A stretch of DNA of 64,000 nucleotides from the IMG/VR virus record IMGVR_UViG_3300020187_000015, positions 41,789 to 105,788 of that record; one strand, 5' to 3'. How positions within the stretch are numbered: position 1 is the stretch's first letter; every line of letters starts with the position of its first letter. Both the position numbers and the translations under genes were made by a program. This document shows positions 18,754 to 28,783 of the stretch, piece by piece. Source of the stretch: a virus. The notes beneath the pieces were generated by a model. It was not told where the DNA came from and searched no databases. It saw only the letters and a program-made list of their open reading frames with translations.

Positions 18754-20034
18754 ATGAGTATGGAAGACAAAAAGTTGACAAAGGATTGCATCGATCTTTA
18801 CAAGGATGGTTGCAGTAGAATGGAAGTGGCTAGACATATCATGTCTGAAACAGGATTAAAAGAAACTGCTTCAAAGGTTAGAGCTAAAAATATATGGGAT
18901 GAAAATTTTGACGCGGATTACTCTCCGCAACAAAGTAAAAACGAAGAGTCTATTAATCCTGAAAAGGCTACTTTTGACGAAAAGAAAGATTCGGCCACGG
19001 CAGAGTCTAAATCTTCCAACATTAGAACTCTTGAGGATCTTATCGAAGTGTGCAAGATTGACCTAGATATTTGGGAGATTGAGAGATACATAGTAAATAA
19101 ATGGGAGGTCGCAGCTAAAGGCAATGACGGAGAGATGAGACACTCTCCGCTCTATCAAGTAAAGGCATGGCTAAAGAAGAAGGAAACAGTAAATGCCAAA
19201 GAAGTAATCAAACTCTTCAAGGAGGAGCTTAATAACATCTCCAGACCAGTACAAAAAAGAAACTCTGCTGGTCAACATATCTATGAAATATCTATTCCAG
19301 ATCTGCATTTAAGCAAATTATGTTGGGGCAAAGAAACTGGCTATGAAGATTATGACATTAAGATTGCCAGCAACCTCTTCAGAGAAGCCATGCATTATCT
19401 GGTTTCTAAGGTCGATCTAAAATCTGTTGATAGAATTGTGCTTCCCATTGGAAATGACTTCTTTAATTCAGAGGGTCTATCTGGGATGACTACAAAGGGT
19501 ACTAGGCAGGATGATGACTCAAGATGGCCGAAGTCTTTTCAAGTTGGTTGTAATTTGATTGCAGAAGTGGTTGATGAACTATCGAAAAAGGTAAATGTAG
19601 ATATAGTTATTGTTCCAGGAAATCATGATTTCGAGAGATGTTTTTATCTTGGAGAATTCTTAAGCGCTTGGTATCGAAACAATGATGCTGTCAAAATTGA
19701 CAACTCCCCTACTTCTAGAAAGTATGTTACCTTTGGCAAAAATCTAATTCTATTTACTCATGGCAACGAAGAAAAGGCAGCTAACCTACCTCTTCTCATG
19801 GCTACAGAGAACGCAAACTTCTCTAAGTGTAAGTTTAGAACTGCTCACCTTGGTCACTTTCATGGCACAGAAATGAAAGAATATAATGGAGTTAAAGTCA
19901 GGATACTTCCATCTCTATGCGCCCCAGATGCTTGGCACTCCAATAAAGGGTATGTGGGGAATGTTCGCTCAGCTACAGCTTTTCTCTATGAAGAGTCGCT
20001 TGGAGAAGTAGCTAACTTTTACTATAACGTCTAG
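18754..20034 (+). CDS. Calcineurin-like metallophosphoesterase
   Basis: PDLH, GND, PGNHD, THG, GHFH motifs. Confidence 0.85.
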   Translation: MSMEDKKLTKDCIDLYKDGCSRMEVARHIMSETGLKETASKVRAKNIWDENFDADYSPQQSKNEESINPEKATFDEKKDSATAESKSSNIRTLEDLIEVCKIDLDIWEIERYIVNKWEVAAKGNDGEMRHSPLYQVKAWLKKKETVNAKEVIKLFKEELNNISRPVQKRNSAGQHIYEISIPDLHLSKLCWGKETGYEDYDIKIASNLFREAMHYLVSKVDLKSVDRIVLPIGNDFFNSEGLSGMTTKGTRQDDDSRWPKSFQVGCNLIAEVVDELSKKVNVDIVIVPGNHDFERCFYLGEFLSAWYRNNDAVKIDNSPTSRKYVTFGKNLILFTHGNEEKAANLPLLMATENANFSKCKFRTAHLGHFHGTEMKEYNGVKVRILPSLCAPDAWHSNKGYVGNVRSATAFLYEESLGEVANFYYNV

Positions 20035-20052
20035 AACATATTGATCAACTTT

Positions 20053-20090
20053 GCTCCCGATTACTGACTTTCAGTTTTCGGGAGTTTTTG
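20053..20090 (+). terminator. Rho-independent terminator
   Basis: CTCCCGA...TCGGGAG stem followed by TTTTTGTTT. Confidence 0.7.
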
Positions 20091-20091
20091 T

Positions 20092-20119
20092 TTGACATGC
20101 TAAAGAAATTGCCCATATT
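20092..20119 (+). promoter_or_regulatory. sigma70-like promoter for the helicase operon
   Basis: TTGACA-N16-CATATT. Confidence 0.55.
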
Positions 20120-20127
20120 CAACTCCA

Positions 20128-21615
20128 ATGACAAACGTAGAACTTCCCAAGAACAAAGCACTAGAACGCAAGTTTATATCTGGATTGATATATAACTCAG
20201 ATAAAGTATGGGATGAGTTTTCTGAATTTATTAGTGAGGAAGACTTTAAAGACACTGACTCAAGGTCGCTATTCCGTATTTGCAAAAGTCTATTAGAAGA
20301 AGGTCTCTCTCTTGATGCAGCCATAATTTCTGCTAGATGCAAAAGTAGTGGCATAAGTTTAATGTCGGGTAACGTAGAGGACTTTATCGACAATATGTTG
20401 CTAACTCCCCTGTCTGAAAAGGCGACTGTGGATGCTGCAAAAGAGCTAGTAATTTTACGGATAAAGAGAAATGTAATTGTAAACTCTAATGAGATTGCAG
20501 AGATTGCTTCTCAATATAGTGGCAGCAATCTATCTGACTTCATGGCATCTATTGAGAGCAAGTTCTCTGAAAATGGCGAAAATATCATAAGTAGGAATGA
20601 ACCAATAAATATTGCTTCAGTTGCATACGACCTTGTTGAGGCAACACTTCATGACGATAAGGCTAACTATATAATTAAAACTCCTTGGCCAACCTTCAAT
20701 GAGGCTTTTAGTGGGTTTCGCCCAAAGGACAGCTATTGCTTTGCTGGTAGGCCTTCTCATGGCAAATCTGGCGCTTTACTTAGTTTAGCGCAACAATGTG
20801 CAAATCAAATTAAAGAGAATTTTATTGACGGTAAAAAGCTTCCAGTTTTATATCTTGATACAGAAATGGAGCATAAAGAGCAAGCATTGCGGTGGGCCGC
20901 TTTGGTTGCAGATGTAGACCCCTATCTCATTGAAAGTGGTCAATGGGCTAAGAATAAAGATTCCGTTAATAAAATTAGAACGGTTCTTAAAAGTAGCTCC
21001 TCTACTGACAACTTCCACCACGTTTATATTCCAGGAATGAATGCGATTGAAATTCGATCTATCTTTCGAAGATGGATACGTAAGCATGTTGGCAAAGAGA
21101 ATCCAGCCATCGTTGTCTTTGATTATCTTAAGATTACTGGAGATGGTTTAGCTAACCCTAAGCATGCTCGATTTGATATAGCTAGAACTCTAGATATTTT
21201 AAAAGATGAGATTAAGCAAAACTCCAATGCAACATTTCTTTTCGGCGCTCAACGAAACAGACATGGAGAAGATGACGATTCATCTTTAGCAGAAAGTGAC
21301 TACATTCAGCAACTCTCGACCTTCGTTGGACTAATCAAGAAAAAGACTATGGATGAAAAAGCTGAGCAACCAGTAGAGCGATTTGGAACCCATGCTTTGA
21401 TACCAGTTAAATTCAGAAAGCTAGGAAAAGATGGATGGAAGTTTGAAAATCCAGTTAAGATCAATAATAAGTATTGCTCTAATTGGATAAATTTAAATTT
21501 CCACAACTTTAGATTCGAAGATGGCGGAGATGGTAGAGCTGTTCAAGAGTACCTCGAACTACTTGCTGATGGTAATCCAAGAGACAACAATTCAACTAGA
21601 GAGGCAATACTTTGA
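20128..21615 (+). CDS. dnaB: Replicative DNA helicase (DnaB-like)
   Basis: AGRPSHGKS, YLDTEM, VFDYLK, AQRNR; DnaB N-terminal domain. Confidence 0.9.
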   Translation: MTNVELPKNKALERKFISGLIYNSDKVWDEFSEFISEEDFKDTDSRSLFRICKSLLEEGLSLDAAIISARCKSSGISLMSGNVEDFIDNMLLTPLSEKATVDAAKELVILRIKRNVIVNSNEIAEIASQYSGSNLSDFMASIESKFSENGENIISRNEPINIASVAYDLVEATLHDDKANYIIKTPWPTFNEAFSGFRPKDSYCFAGRPSHGKSGALLSLAQQCANQIKENFIDGKKLPVLYLDTEMEHKEQALRWAALVADVDPYLIESGQWAKNKDSVNKIRTVLKSSSSTDNFHHVYIPGMNAIEIRSIFRRWIRKHVGKENPAIVVFDYLKITGDGLANPKHARFDIARTLDILKDEIKQNSNATFLFGAQRNRHGEDDDSSLAESDYIQQLSTFVGLIKKKTMDEKAEQPVERFGTHALIPVKFRKLGKDGWKFENPVKINNKYCSNWINLNFHNFRFEDGGDGRAVQEYLELLADGNPRDNNSTREAIL

Positions 21616-22619
21616 ACTCAGTAAAAGACATTTTAGACGAAATAGGTGTAAAAGTCATCAGCGTTAATGACTCTGGCTTTGCTCAATTCTGCCCAACTTA
21701 TAGAAATAGTGATAACCCTTCTGGGGCTTCTATAAATCTAAAGAATGGTTGGACTACAGATTGGTCAATAAACGAGAATTTCCCTATTGAGATTTTGATT
21801 GAAAAGATGACTGGCAAAAAGCCAGACAAGGCGGTTATAAATAAAATTGCTTCCTTAGATCTAGACATCATCAATGACGAAAATGAAGTAAAGTTTTGGT
21901 CAAAGGATTCCTTACTCCACCTCTTGCCAGAACACTCTTACTGGATGAATAGAGGAGTATCCAAAGAAACGCTGGACTTCTTTCAAGGTGGTGTTTCTCA
22001 TAGCGGAAAGCTTTACCAGCGATACGTATGGCCAGTCTTCGACAGACATCAAAGAATTGTAGGTTTTACAGGAAGAGATCTTACTGAAAAACACAGTGTA
22101 AAGTATAAGCACGAAGGCAAGTCTACAAATTTCTTATTTGGGCTTTACAATAAAAAGAATGACGAGTTTCCTATTTTAAAATCTATTTTAAAGAATTCTC
22201 ATTTGATTCTTGTAGAAGGTCCAAGTGATAGCGTTGCTTGCTATGATGAGGGCATCACCAACGTACTTCCAACTATGGGTTTAAATATTAGCAAGCCTAT
22301 GATGTCCTTTATATTGGGAGTCAATCCTAGCCTAATAACTATCTGCTATAATAAGGATAGTAAGTTTAATGGTCAAAATGCAGCAGTAAAAAATTATACA
22401 AAGTTATTTGAGTATTTCGAACCTCATAACTTAGAGATAAAAACTCCTTCATGCAATGATCTTTCAGATGATAAAAGTAATGTAAAAAACTTTTTCAAAT
22501 CAGATCCAGATGATATAATAACTTTATTCAGAGAAAAATATATTAGAGCAAAATCAGATACTAAACAAAAGATGAGTCAAAAAGAGATAAACGTAGGAAG
22601 GGTTTTATCTAATGGATAA
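21612..22619 (+). CDS. dnaG: DnaG-like primase
   Basis: RYVWPV, IVGFTGR, KYKH, TOPRIM LVEGPSD; zinc finger appears degenerate. Confidence 0.85.
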   Translation: MNSVKDILDEIGVKVISVNDSGFAQFCPTYRNSDNPSGASINLKNGWTTDWSINENFPIEILIEKMTGKKPDKAVINKIASLDLDIINDENEVKFWSKDSLLHLLPEHSYWMNRGVSKETLDFFQGGVSHSGKLYQRYVWPVFDRHQRIVGFTGRDLTEKHSVKYKHEGKSTNFLFGLYNKKNDEFPILKSILKNSHLILVEGPSDSVACYDEGITNVLPTMGLNISKPMMSFILGVNPSLITICYNKDSKFNGQNAAVKNYTKLFEYFEPHNLEIKTPSCNDLSDDKSNVKNFFKSDPDDIITLFREKYIRAKSDTKQKMSQKEINVGRVLSNG

Positions 22620-23667
22620 GCCAACAAAACATGTACTAAGTGCCTCCAAGATTGAAACATATCAGAAGTGCAGTTTAGTTTATTATGCAAAGTATTTGAA
22701 CAAGACTCCAGATAAAGAAAATTATGGAGCTTTAAGAGGCACGATATGTCATGACATTTTCGAAATGCTTATCGAAGAAAAGCATAAGGACAGAGTTGAC
22801 CAAATTCTAGAAGAGGGGTCTATCCTAAAAGATAAGAAGCTTATTGATTTAATCAATTCTATGATGTCTGGCTTCAACATGGAGGAGCTAGATGATAAGG
22901 GTCAGAATAATTTTGAGATGATTTGCGAAATGATTTTCGTAGGTTTGAATTATGACTTTTACTGCAAAGGCTATAAGGTTGACTATGAAAACCTAGAAAC
23001 CATGTTTTACTTAAAGGGTACTGAAGATCAGCCTTATGAGTTGAGAGGCAAGATTGATAAGCCTTCTAGCCGTGGCAAAAAATATAGAATTGTTGATTAT
23101 AAATCTTCTGCTCAGAAAAAACAAGATGTAGAGTTGGAGTTCAGTGTTCAGGCTCTGTCCTATATTCTCTGGGCTAAGAAAGCTAAGGATATGACTGCCT
23201 TTGTTGAGTTTGTTTTTCTTAGATTTCCAGATAAGCCAGACCAAAGAGTAGAAGTCACCGATGAAGTTTTAGAAGGGTTTGAATCTTGGCTCTCTGATCT
23301 TTACGTATACCTAAGAAACTTTGACGAGCTAAACATGTATGACAATATGGCAGCAGACAAAGGCTATCCAAAGGATGGTACATTCTCTGGTTCTATTGTA
23401 TGCGGTTATGGAAAATATCCTGGACACTCCTATTCAGACACTCATAAGAATGTAGAAAAGAGAGGCAAGCCATATTACGTATGTTCTGAAAAATGGCCAT
23501 ACGATTACTGGATACTTAAAGATGAAGATGGCAATATTATAAAAAGTACAAGGGATGAAGAAGATTTTAAAGATAAGGATCAAAGCCTTGTAGAAAAGAA
23601 ATCATGGCAAGGATGTCCAAAATTCACAAATTCCGTTGATTTCTTGGAATGGAAAGGCTCTAAATGA
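22612..23667 (+). CDS. PD-(D/E)XK exonuclease (AddB/Cas4-like, possible Fe-S cluster)
   Basis: LSASKI...C, RGTICH, LRGKID, IVDYKSS, QALSY, C-terminal cysteines. Confidence 0.85.
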   Translation: MDKPTKHVLSASKIETYQKCSLVYYAKYLNKTPDKENYGALRGTICHDIFEMLIEEKHKDRVDQILEEGSILKDKKLIDLINSMMSGFNMEELDDKGQNNFEMICEMIFVGLNYDFYCKGYKVDYENLETMFYLKGTEDQPYELRGKIDKPSSRGKKYRIVDYKSSAQKKQDVELEFSVQALSYILWAKKAKDMTAFVEFVFLRFPDKPDQRVEVTDEVLEGFESWLSDLYVYLRNFDELNMYDNMAADKGYPKDGTFSGSIVCGYGKYPGHSYSDTHKNVEKRGKPYYVCSEKWPYDYWILKDEDGNIIKSTRDEEDFKDKDQSLVEKKSWQGCPKFTNSVDFLEWKGSK

Positions 23668-24461
23668 TTTTAGTTATTGGAGAATTTATAAAGGACGAGT
23701 TCATTTACTGTTCTTCCGACAGGCTTTCTCCAGAAGCTTGCTGCCCAGTAATAAAAGAAATTTTCAGAGAAAAGAATGATGGAGGAGCTGCTAACGTAGT
23801 AAGCAACTTAAAGTCATTGGGATGTGATAAAATTTTATTCGTCCATCAAGACAACGAAATCATTAAAACCAGATACGTGCATAAAAGTTCTGGGCAACAT
23901 ATTGCAAGATTAGACAAAGAAAGTCCCTGTAAACCCCTTAGTCTTGAGAGCTTGATTCAATCAACATCTTCGAGCAAATGCAGTGACCCTATAGATATGA
24001 TTGTAATTTCAGACTACTGCAAGGGATTTATTACTGAAAGTCTTATACATGATATTCGTAAAAAATTCTCATGCAAAATTATTATAGATACAAAAAAGAA
24101 AGCTGGAAACTGGATCAAGTATGTAGATTTTATAAAAATTAATAAAAAAGAATTTGATGAAAACTTTCTTCCTTATGACCCTGGGAAACAAGTTAGCACC
24201 CTGCTCAAGAAAACTAACTTATTTGTCACGTTGGGCGAGAAGGGGGTTTATCACTTCAATACTGACTCTACCATTAAAACAAAAGAAGTCGAAGCTAACT
24301 GCGTGTCTGGAGCTGGTGACAGCTATTTAGCTGGCTTTGTAGCAGAATACTTGCGCTCTGCCAATATTAATAAAAGCCTTTCATTCGCAAATCAAGTCGC
24401 ATCAATAGCTGTATCAAAGAGAGGAGTTGTTTCTGTTTCAGAAACAGAGCTTAATGACTAA
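23664..24461 (+). CDS. hldA: D-glycero-D-manno-heptose-7-phosphate kinase (HldE kinase domain, PfkB family)
   Basis: RLSPEACCPV, GGAANV, KTRY, ISDYCKG, SGAGD. Confidence 0.85.
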   Translation: MILVIGEFIKDEFIYCSSDRLSPEACCPVIKEIFREKNDGGAANVVSNLKSLGCDKILFVHQDNEIIKTRYVHKSSGQHIARLDKESPCKPLSLESLIQSTSSSKCSDPIDMIVISDYCKGFITESLIHDIRKKFSCKIIIDTKKKAGNWIKYVDFIKINKKEFDENFLPYDPGKQVSTLLKKTNLFVTLGEKGVYHFNTDSTIKTKEVEANCVSGAGDSYLAGFVAEYLRSANINKSLSFANQVASIAVSKRGVVSVSETELND

Positions 24462-24858
24462 TAACCCCATCGAAGGTTTTATAGCTGGATGCTTTGATGG
24501 ATTCCATGAAGGTCATCAATATATTTTAAAGACAGCTATGGAGCAATGCGATATTCTCCATGTTGCTCTTAACTCAGATAGGTATATTATAAAAAACAAA
24601 AGACTTTTGCTCTCTTGCATTGATGAAAGAAAAAAGAAGATTAGAAATTTTGGAGTAAATGAAATTCATTCGTTCATAGAAGACAGCCCCATAGACCTGA
24701 TTAATAAAATTAAACCCAAAATAATATTTGTTGGCGATGACTATCCACTAGAAAAAATAGTTGGTCACAAAGAGTGTAAATACTGGGGAGGAGAGGTAAG
24801 AATCATAAAACGAATTCCAGGATTTTCTAGCACAAATATAAGACAAAAAAATACTTGA
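24454..24858 (+). CDS. hldC: Heptose-1-phosphate nucleotidyltransferase (HldE C-terminal domain, cytidylyltransferase family)
   Basis: GCFDGFHEGH, VALNSD, GDDY, GFSST; adjacent to the kinase. Confidence 0.8.
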   Translation: MTNNPIEGFIAGCFDGFHEGHQYILKTAMEQCDILHVALNSDRYIIKNKRLLLSCIDERKKKIRNFGVNEIHSFIEDSPIDLINKIKPKIIFVGDDYPLEKIVGHKECKYWGGEVRIIKRIPGFSSTNIRQKNT

Positions 24859-24888
24859 CATTATATAACTTTGCCCTAACATAGGGCA
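24855..24888 (+). promoter_or_regulatory. sigma70-like promoter with a 7-3-7 inverted repeat over the -10
   Basis: TTGACA-N16-TAACAT; TGCCCTA-ACA-TAGGGCA. Confidence 0.7.
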
Positions 24889-24935
24889 TCTAAACAACAA
24901 ACAATAAATAATAATACAAAAAATAATACAAAATT

Positions 24936-25580
24936 ATGGCACTAAACAAACAAACTAAATCATCTACCTACTTGACAGTAGTCGGTGGGAAGATTTCACA
25001 ACGTGTCCCAGAAGGCACAGAGGGGGCAGTATCTCGCACCCTTAAAAATGGACCTAACGAAGGCTCTGAAGTATATGAGCTTCAGTACGGTAGCGTTACT
25101 GGTAAGATCTCTGGAGGCTCTGTCGAAAGCGGAGACTATGGTGATCAAATCTCTATTAATCTTGAAGATGGGAAAGAATCGTATATCGTCAAGCTTCCTT
25201 GGAATTCCAAACTCCGAGATGCTTTCGTAAAACGAATTCCAAATATTGAAGTCTCTCAGGAAATAGAATTAGTATGCTTTCCAGATAAGCAAGATAAGAG
25301 TCCTGTAATGCTAATCAAACAAAATGGAGGTTTTGTGAAGTTTGCATATACGAAAGATAATCCAAATGGCCTTCCCGCTCCGAAAAAAAAGGTTGTTCGT
25401 GGCAAGGAAGAGTGGGATTGGTCCGAACCAGAGACTTTCCTGTGGGACGTAGCCTCTTCATTCTTTGAGCAGTTCGAAGGGAATAGTAAACCAGCTTTTC
25501 AAGAGGAAGAGAAGGAAGCTCCAGATCAATTCGTTGAATCAAGCAATCCGCTTAGTTCCGACGACGATCTGCCGTTTTAA
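24936..25580 (+). CDS. Putative single-stranded DNA-binding protein
   Basis: Acidic tail ending DDDLPF; own promoter and terminator; replication region. Confidence 0.7.
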   Translation: MALNKQTKSSTYLTVVGGKISQRVPEGTEGAVSRTLKNGPNEGSEVYELQYGSVTGKISGGSVESGDYGDQISINLEDGKESYIVKLPWNSKLRDAFVKRIPNIEVSQEIELVCFPDKQDKSPVMLIKQNGGFVKFAYTKDNPNGLPAPKKKVVRGKEEWDWSEPETFLWDVASSFFEQFEGNSKPAFQEEEKEAPDQFVESSNPLSSDDDLPF

Positions 25581-25609
25581 TAAGGTCAAGGTGGGTTAAT
25601 ATAAAAACT

Positions 25610-25640
25610 AGCCAGCTATCGAAAGATGGCTGGCTTTTTT
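25610..25640 (+). terminator. Rho-independent terminator
   Basis: AGCCAGCTATC-GAAA-GATGGCTGGCT followed by a T-tract. Confidence 0.9.
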
Positions 25641-25675
25641 ATTGTTAAATTAAAGTTTAAATCTATAATTTGAAA

Positions 25676-27595
25676 ATGAAGAAAAAGAAAATCATATTCC
25701 TCACCAACGCTCTTTTTATTAAAACTGGTTTGTCTCGAAACTTGAAAGCTATTCTAAAGGAGATTTATCCTTTAGACAAGTACGAGATAGTACATTACTG
25801 CTCTGGAGTTAGCGAGAATGATCATAACTTAGATAAGTATCCCTGGAAAACTCTTGGTTCTATTCCCAGTAATCCAGCAGATATTCAAAAAATACAGTCT
25901 GACCCACATCTTTCTCGCATGGCTACATATGGAGGATATAGAGTCGAGCAGATAGTTAAGGATGAAAAGCCTGATATTTTATGGTGTTCTGATGATATTT
26001 GGGCTTTTCCCCCAGATAAGTTTTGCGATACTAAGTGGGCAAAACATCTTAATCTAATTAGTCACGTTACTATAGATTCGGTTCCAATCTTGCCCGAAGC
26101 TATACAGCAAGCAAAGAACTCTAACTTTTATTCTTGGGCAAGCTTTGGTGAAAAAGAAATTAAAAAGGTTTTTGATAAAGAGAATTTTTCCTCTAGATAT
26201 AATCTAGGTACTGTTAATGGAGCTGTAGATGGAGAGTGCTACAAGCCAATTTCTAAGTTACAAAAGTCAGAGTTAAGAAAGAAATTTGGGATCGAAAAAG
26301 ACTGTACTTTATTCTTTTACCTTGGACGTAATCAACTTAGAAAAAAATATGACTCTATCCTAAGGGCTTTTAAAAGTCATAAGCTACAGAATCCAAAAAG
26401 CAAATCCAAGCTACTATTCCATTGTAGCTGGACAGAAGGCTGGCCGCTAACTCGTATCATCGAGTCTCTGGAAATTGATCCAGAAGACATTTTAACCACT
26501 TATGTTTGCAATAAATGTAAGGAGTTTAAAATTAATAGGTACGTTGGAGAGCAGAAAGACTGCGAATTTTGCGGGAATAAGAAATGCGTAGACTCTTCTT
26601 CTGTTGGGAATGGGGTCACGGATGAGGACATGTGTAAGATTTATGGAGTGGCAGATGCGTGTATTTCAGTTTTTACTAGCGGTGGGTTTGAATTTTGTAA
26701 CGCAGAGTCTATGATGTGTGGGCTTCCGCTTGCTACTGTTTCTTATTCTTGCGGGTCAGAGTATACTGCCTGTGATTCAGTTTTCGAAATAAGACATATT
26801 GAAAGTGGAGAGTGTCAAACTGGCTTCGTAAAAGCAGAGCCAAACATTAATGATATTATTAAATTTATTAAAAAGATCGAAACAATCTCAGAAAAGGATA
26901 AGGATGAAATAAAAATCAAATCCATCAAATGGGCTAAGGAAAGATATGATAGCAAAGTTATTGCCGCTAAATGGATGGAAATCTTCGACTCTTTACCTGA
27001 AGTAGATTATACTGACTTTTCTTTTGACGACGAAGATAGGTCAAATCCAAGCTTTGAACCAAATTTTAATTTAACTGGAGAGAACTTCATACGCAGTCTC
27101 TACTTAGGGTATCTTGGAGCAGAGTATCCAGATGAGGCTGGAATGAGGCATTGGATGCAAAGGGTTGAGCAGGGAGAGGACTATAGTAGTATCGCTTCCC
27201 TATTTCGTAATATTTCTCAGCAAAATGTTGAAAAACAAGAAGATTCCAAGAATCGTGACATAGAAGATATCTTGCCTAAAAATGGCAAAAAGAACGTGCT
27301 GTTCGTAATCAAGGAGAGCTTGGGTGATACCATTATCTCACTTAGCCTTTTAGAGGGTGTTAGAAAACAATATCCAGAGCATAACATTATTGTTTGCACT
27401 GACCCAAAATACTTTGAAGTGTTTGTTGGCTGCGACTTTGTCGATAAAATGATACCATTTTATCCACAATTAGAGCAAGAGCTTTTTGTAATTGGAGCAG
27501 GTAGCGAAAAGAATATAGCTGATGTATTCATCATGCCAACAGTATCAACTCAAAAGCACTTAAACTACCTTTCAAACAACAACCCAGAACTATAA
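25676..27595 (+). CDS. GT4 glycosyltransferase with Zn-ribbon insert, DUF4214-like domain and C-terminal GT9 N-half
   Basis: LGRNQLRK, GGFEFCNAESMMCGLP; CNKC...CEFC; FIRSLYLGYLG...PDEAGMRHW; ESLGDTIISLSLLEGVRKQYP. Confidence 0.8.
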   Translation: MKKKKIIFLTNALFIKTGLSRNLKAILKEIYPLDKYEIVHYCSGVSENDHNLDKYPWKTLGSIPSNPADIQKIQSDPHLSRMATYGGYRVEQIVKDEKPDILWCSDDIWAFPPDKFCDTKWAKHLNLISHVTIDSVPILPEAIQQAKNSNFYSWASFGEKEIKKVFDKENFSSRYNLGTVNGAVDGECYKPISKLQKSELRKKFGIEKDCTLFFYLGRNQLRKKYDSILRAFKSHKLQNPKSKSKLLFHCSWTEGWPLTRIIESLEIDPEDILTTYVCNKCKEFKINRYVGEQKDCEFCGNKKCVDSSSVGNGVTDEDMCKIYGVADACISVFTSGGFEFCNAESMMCGLPLATVSYSCGSEYTACDSVFEIRHIESGECQTGFVKAEPNINDIIKFIKKIETISEKDKDEIKIKSIKWAKERYDSKVIAAKWMEIFDSLPEVDYTDFSFDDEDRSNPSFEPNFNLTGENFIRSLYLGYLGAEYPDEAGMRHWMQRVEQGEDYSSIASLFRNISQQNVEKQEDSKNRDIEDILPKNGKKNVLFVIKESLGDTIISLSLLEGVRKQYPEHNIIVCTDPKYFEVFVGCDFVDKMIPFYPQLEQELFVIGAGSEKNIADVFIMPTVSTQKHLNYLSNNNPEL

Positions 27596-28761
27596 TGCCC
27601 TCATTGTTAAAAACCTACTCTTTAAATTCTGGCTTTAAAATCAGAAAATGCAAGCCGCTAGAATTCTTCTATCCAACACCTAAAAAGTATATTACTATAC
27701 AGACCTCATCTGGGATGAGTAGTAAGAATTATGATTACTGGATTGATGTATTAAAATACATTAAAAAGGATCTGCATGATGCTGGATATGAAATATTGCA
27801 CATAGGAACAGAGGGGTTAAATATCCCTTTCGTGAAATCTCTTATTGGCAAAACTAGCTTGCATCAAACCAATTACATACTAAGAAACAGCAGCCTTCAT
27901 TTGGGCAATGATTCCTTTGCTGTACATTTGTCTGGACTTCACGAAACTCCCGTAGTCTCCGTATATGGCCCAACTACTCCAGAGAATCATGGACCTTATT
28001 TTAAATCTGAAAATACGCATTTAATCTCTTCACATAGAAATGGGAACAACCCCTCGTTCGCTTCTAATGAGCCTGATAAGACGATTAACATGATAAAGGT
28101 AGAGGACATTGTAAATAAAGTCTACGAAGCTCTTAGAATTAAAAAGAGTAGTGACGAAGAAACTATCTTTACTGGTAAATTTTATCCGCAACAAATAATA
28201 GAAATTGTCCCAAATTTAGACGTAGACGCAAACATTCTTAATAATGTTGAGCCAACAATTAGATGCGACTATGAATGTAATGATAACGTTTTATTTAGTT
28301 TATTAAAAAAGGTCAAATGCTCTGTCATTACTTCCAAAGAAAGCGAAATAAGGCTGTACAAAATTTGTAGAGACAATATCTCAAATATTAATTTCAAAGT
28401 ATCGCTTGATGCTAATAAAGATTACGTCAAAAGTCTTTTGAATATCGGTATAGATTGTAAGTTATGGTCAGATGATGCAGAAAATATAGACAAAATAAGA
28501 TTCATGTTTTTAGACATAGGCCAGGTCCACCTAAAGAAGATTGATTCAGTTAATATAGATGGTCTTAATTCTGACTGCTTTTACATTTCGAATAAATTCA
28601 TTTTAAGTAACGGCAAGGTCTTTACATCTAAACAAGCGATGATTGCCGATGAAAGCATTAAATCTCTAGAAGATAATTGTATTAAATTCAAAGAGATGGA
28701 TGAAGATTTCATGGAAGAGGTCCAATTTTTTAGAATCATCAAAAAAAACTTGACAAAATAA
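27595..28761 (+). CDS. GT9 (heptosyltransferase-like) C-terminal domain protein
   Basis: KNYDYW, LIGKTSLHQ, HLGNDSFAVHLS, VVSVYGPT. Confidence 0.8.
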   Translation: MPSLLKTYSLNSGFKIRKCKPLEFFYPTPKKYITIQTSSGMSSKNYDYWIDVLKYIKKDLHDAGYEILHIGTEGLNIPFVKSLIGKTSLHQTNYILRNSSLHLGNDSFAVHLSGLHETPVVSVYGPTTPENHGPYFKSENTHLISSHRNGNNPSFASNEPDKTINMIKVEDIVNKVYEALRIKKSSDEETIFTGKFYPQQIIEIVPNLDVDANILNNVEPTIRCDYECNDNVLFSLLKKVKCSVITSKESEIRLYKICRDNISNINFKVSLDANKDYVKSLLNIGIDCKLWSDDAENIDKIRFMFLDIGQVHLKKIDSVNIDGLNSDCFYISNKFILSNGKVFTSKQAMIADESIKSLEDNCIKFKEMDEDFMEEVQFFRIIKKNLTK

Positions 28762-28777
28762 CAATCCCAAATAATAT
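28750..28777 (+). promoter_or_regulatory. sigma70-like promoter
   Basis: TTGACA-N16-TAATAT, 6 nt before the ATG. Confidence 0.65.
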
Positions 28778-28783
28778 ATAGAT

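Noticed and set aside
22612-23667. Cas4 of a CRISPR-Cas system
   Set aside because: No other cas genes or array; it sits in a replication operon like typical phage exonucleases
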